DNA of 64,000 bases from Blasia pusilla (lineage: Eukaryota): positions 42,346,001-42,410,000 of the forward strand of contig CM114271.1 in NCBI GenBank assembly GCA_050084515.1. Reading direction: 5' to 3'. The notes under the pieces are model-generated. The model saw only the letters and a program-made list of their open reading frames with translations. It searched no databases and had not been told where the DNA came from. The position numbers and the translations under genes are program-made. Of this stretch, positions 26,680-39,085 are shown one piece after another; the stretch's first letter is position 1, and every line of letters begins with the position of its first letter.

Positions 26680-29600
26680 AGCTACGATAGTGTGATCTGG
26701 CCAACCACTCTGAAATCCAACGGGATCAATTGAACTAAAATCGTGAGATGACTCCGACAATGCACCCTTGCTAACATCATATAAGTCATTCCATGGATGA
26801 AAGATTTTCTTAAAACCAATAGGCATTTTCCCTAGACAGTACATCCTTGTGATTTGTGGACTGTTATTACATAACCTAACATAAGGGGAAATGTTCGTTT
26901 TACAATTTTGTCTACTACTACTGGGGATGATCTCACAAACACTACTCCTTACATTCACTAGATTATGATTTGATGTTAATTTTACAATAATTACCTTTAC
27001 ACTTTAGTTTTGGAAAGTAAACTTAAAAACTATATATACCTATACTTCCATTTGCAATACCTCTCGGTAAATCTGAATTTGTGGTCAAGATAACTCTACC
27101 ACCAATAGCTAGGAACAAGATGTGATGGAAGTCAACTTTTTTCAACCAAGAAGTCAAATTGTAAGCAACTATTACATTTGTAGCAATTAACTTATTAATT
27201 ATACTAGCTTGACCAAAAAAATTGCGAAGAGAAATGTTGTTAAAGGAGTTTACATCACAACGATCTGAGCAGACAATAGTAGTGTCTTCAAAGATAAAAT
27301 CTATTGCTTTATCCTCTGAGTTGGTGCATTGTTGCAAACATTTTTCAATCTCACTCTTAGAAGGCAATTTCACTCTAACGTTAACAAGAAATTGCACAAA
27401 TTCAGGGTCATAAGCATGTCTCATCTAGGTTGTCAAGGAAAAGGTTATAATCTGCTTTAAAAATGGTGAATTTGATAATTTGCACTGACCACATATAGTT
27501 GGCACATGTCACATATCAATATTACTAGCTTTGTTGATAAGGAATGTAAGCCAGTTGTAGGTGTAACATCATTCGAGCTCATTGCAATAATATGTAACAT
27601 CTTTGGAGTTAGCATGGAACATTCGTCAATAATGATGACTTGGCATGCTTTCAATCTATGGTAGACATTTGATGTGGCGTTGAGAGCTGAAAGTTCCCCA
27701 CTTACTAGAATATTAAAGGTAGAGTGCATAGTGTATGCCCGAGCATGTAGACGTACAACAACAATCCCAATAGTGGCTAAGAGTAATACATCTATTCCAT
27801 TTTGTTGCCAATATCTTGCCATAAATTTGATAAAATAGGATTTACATGTTCGAGGTCCACCTGTAAGTAGATGTAGACAAGATGTACTTTTTTGCAATTG
27901 GAGAAAGACTCCAAATTGATTAAGGATCAAGCTTGGTGGATCAAATGATTTGTCATCAACAAGTGTCTAAGTAGGTATTCTCTTCTTGGGTTTAGTGGCA
28001 ACGTCATATGGATAGTTAAAAGAATCTCGTCCTCCACACGGGGCATGAGCATGTTTGACATCTTATCCAATACCGCAACAACGTGTAGTTTATTCCACAT
28101 GGTATATTGTGCATAAGTCATGACAAGTTTCTCAAGATCTTGACCATAGGTAATCTATCCCCTATGGACACGTTTAAGTAAAAAGGTCTATATGGGAGAT
28201 GATGGGGATAAGATTTCCGTTCCACTTCAAAATTTAATTGACTATAATAAGACATTGTCAAAAAACTAATTGGTGTGATGGAATGGGCTAAAATCAATGA
28301 AACAAACTATTCTTGAAGTTTTTTATACATCTGCTCCTATTGAATACAAGCCAATAAAATGAGAACTCTTAGAATTCACATTATTTTTACTGACCTCGTA
28401 ATTCTTCCAATAGTCCATAAAAGACACATGAAATAAGCTTGCGAATCGATGAATTCATTTTTTTGTAGGATGGAGATAAGTCTACATTGATTTGCCATAT
28501 AAAGTGGTCCTTCTAAAAGTAGGATTGGAATTTGTATAAGTGATAGAAGCAGACCTAGAAATAATTGGAATTCAAAGGGCGAATAGAGTAGCTTCTGTCA
28601 CTGATACACATCTATTCAACACAACTCCAAACAGAGTTGAATTTCATCAAGCCCTTCGCGACCAAGATGTCTAAGAGATTCAGTATCAATACTAAGAGCT
28701 TCAATAGGCTTATATTTTAGTGCATACTTAATGAGGTAGAAGGACCTTTCAACATCAGTGACTCGTTACATATTCATATGCGCCCCCCACAAAAGAAGTT
28801 GTAGAGGATGGTAAGGAATGATTTTTTTCAACTCCAAGTCTAAAGTATGTCTCTTGATTCAAAATTGGATCTATCATGGGTTCAAGTTGTATGTTCGATT
28901 CAAATGGAAGGCCTAATTTGCAAATTCTAGTCTTAGTAACCTTCTCTAAATTTGAACATGCTACTAGTCTGCAAATATGTAGTTTCTTATGTATAACATA
29001 GTTAAATAAGATACATTCAAAGGTATTTATCTCTCCACTTTAAAAACTTTGCACTGTTTATTACTATCATAGATGGCTGGAACATAACAGAAAATCTTAG
29101 ATGTAGTTTTTGAGATTGAATCCTCTTCACACCTAATATAATATGACTATGCATACAACCCCTACCTTGCAATTCGTAATATATTACATAATGGAGGACC
29201 TTTCCAAGAACACAATGTCCAACAAGGATAAGTTGTTGCAAGAATTCGTTAAGTCTGAAATGGAATAAGAGTGCACACTCCACAAGAGCATCCTTCCAAT
29301 CCATGTATGGATTAATTTGCTTAAGTAAACCCTCCAAATCCCTTATCTCTAACCAACGGTTGTAGATAATTCATCCGAAGTAAATGTTAAGAAAAAGTGG
29401 GGCATACCCCAAGCAACAACCATTACTTTCAAGTCCAATAGATGCCGATGCCAATGAGGGTTGGAAGAAATATTAGGACTGAAGGCATGTTTTGTTAAAG
29501 AGCAAGATAAATCCTCTTCAGTTAAATTTGGGTTTGCTACAAGTAGTTTATCCAACTCTTTGTTTAGGATGCAAGTCCTTGAAGTAGAGGCGATGATAAT

Positions 29601-30140
29601 AGAAATTTGTAACTTATGCATCAAAAGGAGTAAAGTTTGTATAGAGTAAACACATAAAAGAGTTGCTTTGTCGTACAATGGAAGTACTCAAGAAAAGTAA
29701 TTTCGCCATTATAATATCCCCTTAGATATGGAAATAGGAAAGGGGACAAACTTGTCTTTAAGGTTAATTGTGCATCAACTCTGAGTCCTCAATAATCACT
29801 TATATGTGATTTCCGTTATGTAGAAACCTGTCAGCAATGCATTGTACCACGATCAAAGATGTCTGCATTACATTTTTTTCTTAATTGGAACAATAAAGGA
29901 TACATCATGTAGAATGTTCAATTATGGGTTGTATGGATTAACATTCATTGAATAAGTGATCAAGCCTTTCTCTTGAGAGGCGAGTACAATTGTGTCCACT
30001 GATGTGGAAGGGAAAATAACTAAGCCACATGTGGGGATAGGTAGTTCTAGGAGGGTCATGTAATCACGATAAAGTGAGTTTAACTTCAAATTTACAAGGA
30101 GTATAGTTTTGACTTGTTGATATATGAATGCAGCATTTCC
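26680..30140 (-). pseudogene. Helitron RepHel remnant (HUH Rep + PIF1-type helicase), interrupted at 30141
   Basis: Rep motifs GMPHFFLTFT and YELQGRGCMHSH; helicase motifs LLTGGPRTCKS (Walker A), IIIDECSML (Walker B), VILTTNSDLPRGIANGSIG. Confidence 0.88.
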
Positions 30141-30278
30141 TGTCGTGCGCATACATATCGCTACACAACATACATCGCTCGTCACATCTACACCACACAA
30201 CACCGATCTTCCCCACACACGGGTTGATCCACACATGTACAAAAATCAACTCATACATATACATGGAGATCACACAAC
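30141..30278 (-). repeat. Terminal repeat B2 (138 bp)
   Basis: Matches 30759-30896; I see one mismatch. Confidence 0.95.
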
Positions 30279-30756
30279 AAAAATAAAGAGTAGTAAAAAC
30301 GGCACACCCGGCCTAAAACTCCACTCCTCACTCTACATCGGCATATCGAGCCTCGTCCACCCTGTGCTATCAAGGAATCCGGACGCTAGCACCCTAGTCC
30401 TAGCTCACACACATACAAGGGAGGTGCTCCAACGGCCCAACATGAGAAAGATGGCTTAGGAAAGCCATCTTCCTCTCTTATATAGGGTTGGGAAGAGCCA
30501 AAAGGCTCTTCCCTAAAAATAACCCTTCCTTGGTAACCTTCAAGACAAAGTTACCACGGGCGGGTGACCTGGTCAACAAATCACCCGGCTGTAAAAGACC
30601 TCAACATGAAAGTTGTCAGAAACGACGTTCTTGACACAATGGACCTATCCTCGACCTCATCCGACACCGTGGGACAAAGTTACACTCAAGATAGTCCGCT
30701 GGCTCCTACGCCCTATCCACGATAGATCTCGGCCTATCGGCTACTCAGATGTGACA
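30279..30756 (-). repeat. Repeat A2 (478 bp)
   Basis: Matches 39086-39564 at roughly 95% by eye; contains TATATAA on the minus strand near 30478-30484. Confidence 0.95.
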
Positions 30757-30758
30757 AC

Positions 30759-30896
30759 TGTCGTGCGCATACATATCGCTACATAACATACATCGCTCGT
30801 CACATCTACACCACACAACACCGATCTTCCCCACACACGGGTTGATCCACACATGTACAAAAATCAACTCATACATATACATGGAGATCACACAAC
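30759..30896 (-). repeat. Repeat B1 (138 bp)
   Basis: Copy of 30141-30278, separated from A2 by 2 nt. Confidence 0.95.
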
Positions 30897-30907
30897 CGCC
30901 CCCCTAG
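30897..30907 (-). promoter_or_regulatory. Polypurine-tract-like plus-strand primer site
   Basis: CTAGGGGGGCG immediately precedes B1 on the minus strand, ~65 nt after the pol stop. Confidence 0.7.
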
Positions 30908-30972
30908 CTGGCAGTTGGATTACCCCAACTCTAGATAGAAAATATCACATCTCTCTGACATGACCTACTACC

Positions 30973-32260
30973 CTATATACATCTCGGACACATCCATCGT
31001 CCCGTGGGAACCACATCAAGAGGGGGGGTCAGACATGACATATGCCATCCTCGAGAACAACCATCACATACCAACATGGTGGCTGCACCCCTCGCAGATC
31101 CACACAACATACACCTCAAGCCTGCAGGTACCACTGCCAAGCTCGGATCCACCATCCCATCTATGTTCGGAAGATGACATGGCGCACAATTGCGCACATG
31201 ATCCTTCCAAACCATACCATCCCGTCCCTCCAACATGAGGACTCCGGTCGGTAATACCTCGCGCACACGTAGGATCATGCGCCTCGCTGATGACATCTAG
31301 CGTCATGGGTGCCGCCGCTGTAAATACACGTAATCTCCAGGATGAAACCTCCTAATCCCTGGACGATAACCTCCTCCATGAATGGTCGCGTACCTCAATG
31401 TATCTCTATGCTGGGCAATAGCTAAGTTCTCAAAGGCCATATGCATAACTCTACGAAAAACTTCTGCCCTCTGAGAACATGCTTGCACCCACACATCTGG
31501 ATCATCAAGATCTAACACCTCTGCCATGTCACGTCGAATCGCTGCAGGTAAATCTGGCTCTCTCCCAAAGAGCAAAAAGTACAGTGAAAATGACGCCAAG
31601 GATTCTTGCCGACTAAAGCCATAACCCATAGCCAACCATGGCAACTATAGGTCCCACTCCCTCAACTGTCCCCACTGCAAGCCATACTTGCGCAATCCTC
31701 TCTTCACCGTCTGTACCACTCTCTCCGCCAACCCATCCGCCTCAGGATGATCTCTAGACGTGGTGCGGTGATCTATCAGCGCCTGATCACACAAGGCCTG
31801 AAACTCTCCCCTGAACTCAGTACCCTGGTCAATCAACACCTCCTCCGGTGCACCAAAGTGACTAAGCACACGATCTAGAAACGCATAAGCTGTTCCCTCG
31901 CTCGCCTTTTCTGGTAGTGCCACCAACTCTATCCACTTGGAGAAATGCTCCACCATGACCAACACGTACCTATGATGACGCCCTGTCAATGGAAAAGGTC
32001 CCGCAAAGTCTAAACTCCACGGATAACCTAAACCCATAATCGGCAAAGGATGTAACTGCGGAGTGGGAGCATTGAAAGATGCTCGCACTCTGTCATATAC
32101 CATACATCTGGCCACAAACTGCTGTACCCCAGTATGCATGCCGCGCCATCAATACTCAACCCGGAGTAAGCTGTAAGTACGCTTTACTCCAAAATGTCCC
32201 AACTCCTCATGGGCATGTCGCACTATAAGTGCTCGCTGGGAAGGATGAGGTACCACTCGT
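30973..32260 (-). pseudogene. DDE integrase with C-terminal PHD finger (PHD 30976-31113)
   Basis: HAHEELGHFG zinc motif; WSLDFAGP / IDQGTEF / GLAERVVQTVK catalytic core; C4HC3 CMLC...CDGC..GWHMSC..PL..VP.GRWMCPRC. One TAG stop and frameshifts. Confidence 0.92.
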
Positions 32261-32599
32261 ATCCTACCATATCCCCATACCCAAAAAATGTGAGTCCCCT
32301 CCCACCTGAACCTCTTGGCTCTCTGTAGGATCCGATCCCGCTCCCTAGCACTCACTATACTCGCAATGACGCCAGTGCGCAAGAACTCCACAACCTCCAC
32401 GTCGTCATGGATATCACGACCACCTGTCGCCTCCTCACTAACCTCCAGATCCAAAGACTCATCATCCAATCCCACCACTGGAGTCATCACCTGTGGCTGA
32501 CCTGCCATAGTCAACCAACAAAGATAGGCAGATGCATGCCAACCGGGCACCATCTCCTCATCACTCTCTCCGTGCCATCGAGCTCCTGTGTCGTCTCTC

Positions 32600-33960
32600 T
32601 GACTCGGACATGGGTTACGACTCAACCCATCTGCATCCTGGTTCAGCCGACCTGGCCTAGAACCACCTCAAACTCATACTCCTGTAGAAATACACCTGGC
32701 AAGCTTGCTCGTAAGCTTGTCGGACTCCATCAAACACCTCAACGGCTGATGATCAGTGATAAGTGTGAAAGGGTTGCCGAATAAATAGCACCTAAAATGT
32801 GCCACAGCCCACACTACAGCCAAGCACTCTCCCTCGTAGGAGCTCTACTTTGCCTCTGCAATGTTGTTCGATCGGCTCGCGTAAGCCACAACGAACTCCC
32901 TCTCCTCGTCATCCCTCTGAGTAAGCACTGCTCCTAGACCCAACATGCTCCAATCCGTATGTAACTGGAATGGGCGACCCCTAACCGATCTCTGTAAAAT
33001 GGGTGAGGATGTCAACCTATCCTTGAGCTCCTGAAATGCTCGCTCCTGATCATCTCCCCACAACCAAACCTGATCAAATCTCGTCAACAAGGTCAAAGAC
33101 TTTGCGATCGCACTAAAACCCTTGACATACCATCGATAGAAGTTCGCCAGTCCAAGAAATGCTCGGACTCGACTCACATCTGTAGGGCGTAGAATCTGCG
33201 CAATAGCCTCTACCTTCGTCTGCTGGACGCCTAACCCACTCGGGTATATGGTGTGTCCCAAGTACTCAATCAACTCCTGAAAGAATCTGCACTTGCCTGG
33301 ATGTAACTTCAGTCCATGTAACTGCAATCGCTGAAACACCTCCTCCAAGTGTCGCTCATGCTCCTCGACCGTGGAACTGAAGATAAGAATATCATCTATG
33401 TAACATTGTACAAAATCCAAGTCAGCCAGAATCCTATCCATCACTCTGAAACTCTGCAGGCGCGTTCTTCAACCCAAATGGTAAGAACCGCCACTGATAC
33501 AAGCAATCTCTCCCGAACCGATCTATCCCCCAGAATGCTGTCTTCTCCCTATCCTCCAACCTGATAGGAAGCTGATGATAGCCAACACGGAGATCTAAAG
33601 TACTAAAGATCTTTGCATGCCCTACCGCATCAAAGATCTCCTCAGGAGTAGGCATGGCGTACCGATCTGACCTCGTTTGTTGGTTGATAAGACGGTAATC
33701 TCCACACATCCGCCTATCCGTCCAATTGCCATACATATCCTTCTTCGTCGGCATGACTGTGGCAGATGCATACTACCCATGTGATAACTCCACAAGTACT
33801 GCCTCCAACAAGTCCTGACTCATGCTCTGAATCAAGGCTCGCTCCATATCAGAATACCTGTAGGATCGACGAAAGATCGGTATCCCGGGACCCTTCAGCG
33901 TACCCAAGTCTCTCATACTGAAGGCAAAACAACTGACATGCCCTTTCAAAACCTATGAAC
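32600..33960 (-). pseudogene. Gypsy reverse transcriptase + RNase H
   Basis: RMCGDYRLIN, LDLRVGYHQ, LPFGLKNAP, YIDDILIFS, LHTDWSMLGLGAVL, VAYASR. Confidence 0.95.
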
Positions 33961-34334
33961 TCGCCGTCGCTCTCCTCCTATCAACTTGAGACCTATCACA
34001 GGCTCCCAAGTCTCCATCGTGACCTCACTCGGAGAGGACGCAACCTCCGGCTTTGGTTGCTATGTAGCAACCCTAGCCACCTCTGCAACAACCACTCCAC
34101 TCTGACCTCCTACACCATGCTCCACATCCAAAAAATGAACATGTGCTACTCTAGCCGCCTTCGCACTCTCTACTCGAACGACGTCCCAAGAAGTCCATGG
34201 GTGCCTATCTCTCCTCGTCTCGCCCCCAGCCAATGCCTGTACAGACCCTGTAGGCAATGGTCCAACTTGTGGACGTGACGGCATGGATGACACTCGCATC
34301 CATCTCTCGCCACCATACCTAGGTGACTATCCAT

Positions 34335-35265
34335 GTGAGACGCTTGAGGTCCATCGCCGCCTAACACTGCCTCCGGATGCCTCGGTCATCCCCGGCACCG
34401 CCGTAGTACCGGTAGTGAACCCCATGGCGCGCTTGCGCTCATCTGCTGTAGGCTCCTCCAATGCTCCGGTCACCTCATCCCAAATCATGCCTGGCCCTCC
34501 CTGACAAAAGGCATGGGATGTTCGGAAGCTCACCAACGTAGGTAAGGCTGCCCTAAACTCCCCCACCCTATTGGCCATGGCCAACGGTGGTCTATCATCC
34601 CGTGTCACCACCGAGATCGACGCCCGAGCCCAAAATAGCATCCACCGTGAGATGTGGTGCTCTCTCGACTCCACCGTATGCTCGACTCAAGACTCCGATG
34701 GTATCAAGTTCGCCCACCATAGTCGTGGACGATGGGCACGTGACCCAACTCTCGTTGCATCTAACAACACAAAGAGAGTCCCAACCAGACTCACCGATGT
34801 ACACTCGTCATCACACGTGCACGAGTGTCTCCCAACAACGGCACGTTCTCCAAAATGTACGCTGGAGAACATATCTTACTCTCCTGCAAGTGTCGTACTA
34901 CTCGCAGCATCTCCCAAAACATCCCTGACCTCGGATCCTGCAATCCAAATCCTCGGCTAGTTGATGAATGACCCTGACATGGCCATCCAGCAATCACCAA
35001 ATGAATGGTGCCAACTCTATCCAGATCCTGCGCCCCCACCAAAGAGATGTCGGTGGGTAGCGTAAGCTGGTATCCCCATACTGCATATACCGACAACAAG
35101 TCAGGATACCTCTGGACCAATCTCGCCACGTGACGTAATGATACCCGCCGTGCGGTCTCATCTCTCTCCACATAAAGGTACTGATGCACCCGTATGCCCG
35201 CCTGCAATAGTGCAGCCAATCCGGTGCTAATCCCTCCGAAGAGATCTAACACCCTAACACCCTCC
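34335..35265 (-). pseudogene. DNMT3-like C5 cytosine methyltransferase domain within pol (frameshifted)
   Basis: Motif I VLDLFGGISTG; II YVERDE; IV AGWPCQGHS; VI YILENV; VIII AHRPRLWWANL; IX ERKRAMGF; motif X region (intact RRQVLGQAM in copy 3). Confidence 0.9.
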
Positions 35266-35689
35266 TCTAGGCACTGCCACACAACAAGTGTGGTATCTAG
35301 TGGGGTCATCGTCTCCACTCCAAGAGCCCAATCGCCACGTGACTCTCGCTGCTATGGGATAAAAACATGACTCCACGCCTGCCTCACAAGGTTGTCGGCA
35401 CTCCTCTGTAGCTCGCGAGTCGTACCCCACAATGGTGAAGAGGCCTCGCCAACATGGGAAGAGACACCCGCCATGGCCTGTCTCTCCGTGGGACTATCCG
35501 CTACTGGGACATCCTCCGCATGTGCATTCCCCTCCAACAACTCTCTTGGCCACCTAACACTACCTGTGAAAGCTGCCAACGTGGTCACAGACTCGCCTCG
35601 TGATCAACCACCTCGTCTCGCAAACTGCACGGGTAACTGACTCATCCGGCCGTCACCTAACCGCCATCCTGGCCGATAAGCAACGGTCT

Positions 35690-36000
35690 CCTCCCACAAG
35701 TCAAGGATGAATCCTAGGGGATATAACACTGTACTCCCCACCAACACATCGTACGACTCAGCTAGTGTCGTAATTGCACGTGTGCGCATCATAGCACTAT
35801 CCATCGCATGCTCTGGCTGGACTCTGACAAAAATCTCCTGTCGAGTCATATACTGAGTGGGTGATACCCCCCAATCGAGGTCTGTAACTGGAAGGGACAA
35901 GGCTCATTGTCGGCCTTCCGTAACCCCAACGCTAAACACGCCACCTTCCCTAACATCAAGGGTTGCGCCCCGAATCAAGTAGGACGCTGGCCATGGTGGT
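35690..36000 (-). pseudogene. Aspartic protease
   Basis: VLLDSGAQPL (~35960-35985, with a frameshift) and YDVLVG. Confidence 0.75.
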
Positions 36001-36769
36001 ATATGTCCCCGTCGGACTAACCAAGCGAAATACTCCAGCTCGGTTATCCAATAACACTACTCAAGTGTCACCACGCCGCTTATGGCTCTGCCGAGCCGGG
36101 CATATCTACCAACTTCACCGCCGCCGATGCCATGACTCGTGGGGAACGTCCCAAGCACCACCGAGGGCAAGTCCACCACCTCCTCAACTACCTCGAACAA
36201 GAAGCGGTCATCTCTCCACGCTCACACAACGTGGGACCAATCGAACACCTCGGTGGGTCTAACTCCCAACGCCGCCAACTCTATGGCGGAAAATAGTGAG
36301 TCGACTCACTCGGTGGCCACCTCCAACACTATAGTCGACATCGACTCCACTCAAGCCAAAGCATAGGAGTTGTCACTCCAACTCCTCGTGATGTCGACGA
36401 GGTGCTCGAATCAGAGACACCGCTGGTCGCCGAGGCACCATCGATGGTGTGTGTAGTGCCTCCGACAATGTGAACGACTGTGGAACCCTGGCCTGCCGCC
36501 CATTGGTTCCCTCTGGTGGGTCAATCTCAACTCCACCTCTCGATGGCTCGGTGCCTCTCGCAGCACCCCGAGTCATCACTGCAGCTGCCTCAACCTGGGC
36601 TGCACTACACAAAAATCCCATACTGGCGAGATCCTCACCGGGGTCAGGGTAAGAGGTAGAAACTGGATTCACACTAGCTGCTCGCAGTTCCGTGCCTTCC
36701 CTAAGCTGCATCATCGTCATGGCAACAATTCTCTGCTCCAACTGATTGATGCGTGAGAGAAGTTCCGGC

Positions 36770-38072
36770 TCTCATGCTCCTGCTCCATCTCCTCTGGTTG
36801 GTGGTGGTCCTCTACCACCACGTCCAGGAAGAACTCCCCGACCTCCTCTAGGACGACTGCACCCAGGCCCTCGGCCTACCTCTGGACGTGCCCCTCGGCG
36901 AAGGTCAAAACATCTATCCCTAGTGTGACCATATCTATGGCAATGGTCACATTGGTGCTGTGGTGGGGCCATCCTCTATGGCTCCTGAGCAATCGGAGGC
37001 GCTGGTGGTCCTCTCCCATGCTGTGGGCAGTCTCTCTGCCTATGGGCCCCTCCACACGTCCAACATTGGTCCCTGATGGGCAACATATGTAGGTGCGGGT
37101 CGTTGCCTCATAAGCTCACGGTACCCGCCCTGCTCTCTAGGCACACTGGCCCGCTCCCGTGGTACTGGTGCTTGCTTTGTGGGCTTTGTGGGGTCACCGC
37201 CAAATGGACCCGTCGACTCTCAAGAAAATCCAGCGGTCACTACCTGCTCCTCACTCATGTTGAGCTCAATACGCTCAGACAACTCAAAGACCACCTTCAA
37301 TGTGTGAATCAGCACCACATCTCGGACTCTCCTCCATAGTTCTCGGTCTAGATTCCCGTACCAATATTGGACTGACTGCGCCTCAGTCACTCCAAACGTA
37401 GCAATGATCAGCCTCCTCATGCATGTGAATGCCTCTCTCAGACTCTCAACCGATTGTCGCTGAAAATCCTATAGACTCTTCAACTTGTCGTTGCGTACGT
37501 CCTGGTAGCTCTTCCCTAACTGTCGGAAGAACTCCACTGTGGGGCTGAAGCTGGGTGGCCCTCTACCACCAGAGGTCTCTGCCACATCGCCTATCTCACT
37601 ACCCTCCTCTCCGGGCTGATGGTGTGGGTATTTCTCCTCTCACAATCCCATCATATGCCTCGCGACCACTAGTGGACACATACCCTGGAGCCCAATACAT
37701 CCTCCACGCATCGATCTCTACTGAATATAGTGATCGGAACTCCATGTTGTCATCCATCGGAGGACCCTCCAAGTGCTGGAACAACCCCTTCCATGCCATG
37801 AAAGGGTTGAACCGTGTCGGGGTCCGTATCTCATGGAAGTCGCACCATGTGTCGAACTCCTTGATAAAATCATCTAAGTCGATGGTGCCCACTGCACCCG
37901 AGAAACGACGCATGCCCCGATGGCCCATGTCGTCCATCTCCTGCCAAGTACTCATCGTGACGGTGAATCTCGTCACTGCACCGTGTGTCGGTGATGACGA
38001 TCCAGTCACGGATGGATGTCGAGGGAGCTCCTCACTGGTAACCCCTCCGTATCTCACTCCACTCCGTGTCAC
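36770..38072 (-). pseudogene. Gag with two CCHC zinc knuckles, frameshifted
   Basis: RRFSGAVGTIDLDDFIKEF capsid-like start; knuckles CWTCGGAHRQRDC (~37030-37070) and CDHCHRYGHTRDRC. Confidence 0.8.
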
Positions 38073-38624
38073 ACCACTACTACTGCTCGCACTACCCCAT
38101 TCTTCCGAACCCTGGAAGAACGCCGTGATGACAAACCCTGTCTCACCCGCTCAAGCACTCAGACTCACCGAGAGTCTCCCACACGCCTCACTAGCTCACC
38201 TATGCTAACATCAATCCCGTGATGACATACTCGGCCTCACGCACGCTCAACACTCGGGCTCACCATGAGCCTCCCAACTGACTCACCTAACCTAGCGACA
38301 CTCTCTCGGGTCATACACGCGACCCCTACTCGGCAACCTCCATATATCCACCAACATGCTACACATGAAAAGAATCTACACTCGTCACCATCACTGCACC
38401 CATTTAGCACCAGCTACTACCCGATACCCAGCACTCTCAATCACACACGACAAGTGCGGGAAAAGGGACGCGAATGGGTAACCTGATCACGCCCTCCAAT
38501 CTGCTGCACCGTCAACATGCACTCCTCCACATGATATGACAATCTCCGCAACACAACACTCCCCTCGACCAACACGTCGATCCTCCCGTCAACAGATGCG
38601 GACAACCCGTCGGCATCATGCACA

Positions 38625-38757
38625 CCCGTCCGCGCCCATCCACGCCCGTACGCGCCCGTCGCCGCCCGTCGCCGCCCGTCCGTTGCCCGTCGCCGCCCGT
38701 CCGTTGCCCGTCGCCGCCCGTCTGCTCCCGTCTGCTCCCGTCCGTCGCCGCCGCGCC
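38625..38757. repeat. CpG-rich tandem repeats (GCCCGTC core, 10-11/21-bp periodicity) in the element leader
   Basis: Direct reading. Confidence 0.85.
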
Positions 38758-39071
38758 CTAACCCTAGACCGGCCGTTTTACTTGACACCCCCCTGGCGGC
38801 AGCAAGCTCTAACTCTTCTCCCTGTGTACTCCCGACATTCCATGAGCTATAAGACGACGTTACTCTTGCCGACACAACCTGCGCTACACCCTGCTGCTGT
38901 CCCCCATCAATCCGCACCAGCAAAATCTGAGAAAAATGGACAGCGCTTCCGCCCACGGCCTTCCGAACATAAAAATGACACACAAAACGTCACACACACG
39001 TCTCCAGGGGCTGCCGACCAAGGAAACTCGCTTGCCTACCTGCCAACAACGAATTCCCACCATCCCCTTGA

Positions 39072-39085
39072 CATCTTTCTCATGT
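39072..39085 (-). promoter_or_regulatory. Putative self-priming PBS
   Basis: ACATGAGAAAGATG abuts A1 and is the exact reverse complement of the minus-strand sequence at 39260-39247, ~31 nt downstream of the TATA-like box. No TGG-type tRNA PBS is present. Confidence 0.75.

Noticed and set aside
34335-35265. Bacterial restriction-modification methylase or contamination
   Set aside because: The domain sits inside pol in three independent copies and carries DNMT3-like motif VIII/IX wording.
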